DNA of 36,149 nucleotides from Vermamoeba vermiformis (lineage: Eukaryota), in contig JBEWZL010000233.1 of the NCBI GenBank assembly GCA_045837725.1, positions 62,001 to 98,149 on the forward strand. Reading direction: 5' to 3'. Below the pieces are notes generated by a model. That model saw only the letters and a program-made list of their open reading frames with translations. It was not told where the DNA came from and made no database searches. The position numbers and the translations under genes were made by a program. Below, piece after piece: positions 34,298-36,149 of this stretch. How positions within the stretch are numbered: the first letter of the stretch is position 1; the number at the start of each line of letters is the position of its first letter.

Positions 34298-36089
34298 ATG
34301 AACAAGCGAGAGGCTGCAGACCAACAGACCGAGGTGCTGCCACCGCCCATGAACAATGAGGAGGCGATCAAGTGGCTCGAAGAGGAATTGGGACCAGATT
34401 CAGCCGCCAGTCCGCGCCACAGTCTGCGCGGTGTGAAGGGACTGCCCACGCAAGTAGACGATCTGATATTGTTCTGGAACAAGAGCAAGTGGAATGACAC
34501 CATGCTGGGCGATGTTGAAGAGGATGAAGTCGTGCCTGTCAAACCACCCAAGGGTGCGCAGGTGTTGCAGTGGGATTTCAACGAAGAGAAGCGTGCTGAA
34601 CCACTGCCATTCTGGTTCAACGAATTTCCTAGCTTTTTAGGCACTGTCATGGTGATGGGTACGCATTAATTTGAATTAATAATCGATTTTCACAAATATT
34701 ATTTTTTAATTGATCTGAGTTCACGACGTACCAGTGTGAAATCAAGAATATACAGCCAGTAATTGACAAAATAATTATAAAATATTATCGAGCCATTACA
34801 ACTTATACTTAGAGAGGATGTTAAGTGGATATTTCCAGATCTAACCTCAATCTTTGTACCGTGCAGGAGGTGCGCTGTTCTTCACTAAAGGTGTCGTTAA
34901 TGTTGCATGGGGCTATGCCAAGCACGTATCGGGCAGTGCTACACGCAAGGCCATGTTCAAAATGCGCCATCAGCGCGATCAGTGGATGTTGCGCCGCGAA
35001 CAACTGCGCGAGCACGGACCAGTGCCACTCACTCACGAGCGCAATGTCGTGCCACAGAGCGTGTTGAATGTAGCGCGCGCACGATCACAGCGCTACTTGG
35101 ACCGCGAGAATCAGATCATGACCGAGCTGCGCAACACTGGCCGCTTGTTGCAGATGCGCTTCAATCGCGCACCCAAAGACGAGCGCAAGGGCCTCACCCT
35201 CGAAGATCTCATCACAGCCAACAGCGGCAAGTTGATGGTGGAGCCCGATGATGGCAAAGTGCCCAAACTGCCGCGCGTGAGTCGATTCCCCGGCCTGCAA
35301 GTACTCGCGCGCATCTTGTGGCAGCTGCGTCCCGTGCCGCGCCAAGGACTGCGCACACTCAAGAAGGTGCATCGCATGCTGATGCGTCGCTTGAAGAAGG
35401 GCGTCAAGTTCAGTGCGCTGCTCGGCATCTTCATGCTGATGCTGCTCGCGCTGTTCAACAGTGGCGTGGAGCACATGTGGGAGTACGAGCTGAATCCCGT
35501 CGTGCAGGCACAGGACAAGCGCTTCTGGGCCTACGTCGCACAGCTGCGCAGCGATGCACTCGGGGGCCGCGAGATTGGCATTGATTGGGGTGTGGTGCAC
35601 ATGCAGCGTGCCCTCGCCGAACAGTCGCCCGCGTACAAAGCTGAGCTCGAAGCACGCTACGGCTCACTCGAGCACTTGCAGGGACCAATTGCCAGGGCCA
35701 AGCAGCGGCTCAGTGCCTGGTACGCGCCATTCGAAGACCACGTGCACGCCTGGCGCGCCGAGTTCTTGCGCGACAAGTACGTGTGGCCCCTCGTCGTCAC
35801 ACTGCCCATTCTGCTCTGGTTCTACAATCGCTCCGACAAGTACCACGCACTGCTCGGCTTCTCACTGGTCACCACGGGTGCGTATTGGATGACGGATCCG
35901 AACTTGAAGGCCTATTTCAATCAGCCCGTGTCGATCAGCACCATGCGCGATGTCTCGGAGAATGGTGTGCGCAAAGCATGGTCTGAACGCACTTCTGAAT
36001 ACGCCACGCGACTGAGAGAACGCTTGGCACGCGAGACACAACTGGCCAAGGAACGACGCGAGCACAAGAAGGACAAACAACAATCTTAG
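34298..36089 (+). CDS. Uncharacterised multi-pass membrane protein (2 exons, intron about 34659-34866)
   Basis: Donor G|GTACGC, branch CTAAC near 34841 and acceptor GCAG at 34866 join the two ORFs in frame. Hydrophobic segments FLGTVMVMGGALFF, FSALLGIFMLMLLALF, VWPLVVTLPILLWF, ALLGFSLVTTGAYW. GC-rich codon bias as in neighbouring genes. Confidence 0.75.
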
Positions 36090-36149
36090 AGCTACTCCAA
36101 TGTATATATGCAACTGCGAAGTCAATTTTGTTAATAAATCATTTATTGG

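Noticed and set aside
34620-35460. Tim17/Tim22-like assignment of the last gene
   Set aside because: Only vague glycine-containing helices; spacing and length do not fit well enough.

Overview
Gene-dense eukaryotic (protist, most plausibly a free-living amoeba) genomic DNA with the standard code, short GT-AG introns (mostly ~45-70 nt, CTRAC/TTGAC branch points) and longer AT-rich 5' introns. I assembled 18 protein-coding genes by hand: PqaA/AprA-like secreted protein (partial), F-box/ankyrin protein, GNAT, multidomain PARP, a secreted beta-helix-type protein with a broken C-terminus, a membrane-tethered peptidase S74 (MYRF/MrfA-like) protein, DH-PH RhoGEF with beta-propeller, CDF zinc transporter, PH/coiled-coil protein, mitochondrial carrier, NFS1, G-alpha, MetAP1, RhoGAP-SH3, TYW2, MED9 (absent from the ORF track), a Zn-finger/double-SAP protein and an unknown membrane protein. 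I saw no RNA genes, CRISPR arrays or transposases. Best leads: (1) a predicted self-cleaving S74 membrane-anchored factor whose N-terminal domain I do not recognise as NDT80; (2) a perfect 12-bp palindrome TGACACGTGTCA found 8 times, always in introns, with related CACGTG words saturating coding DNA; (3) a PARP1-architecture enzyme with a PARP3-type catalytic loop. Exon boundaries and family calls come from manual reading, not database searches.
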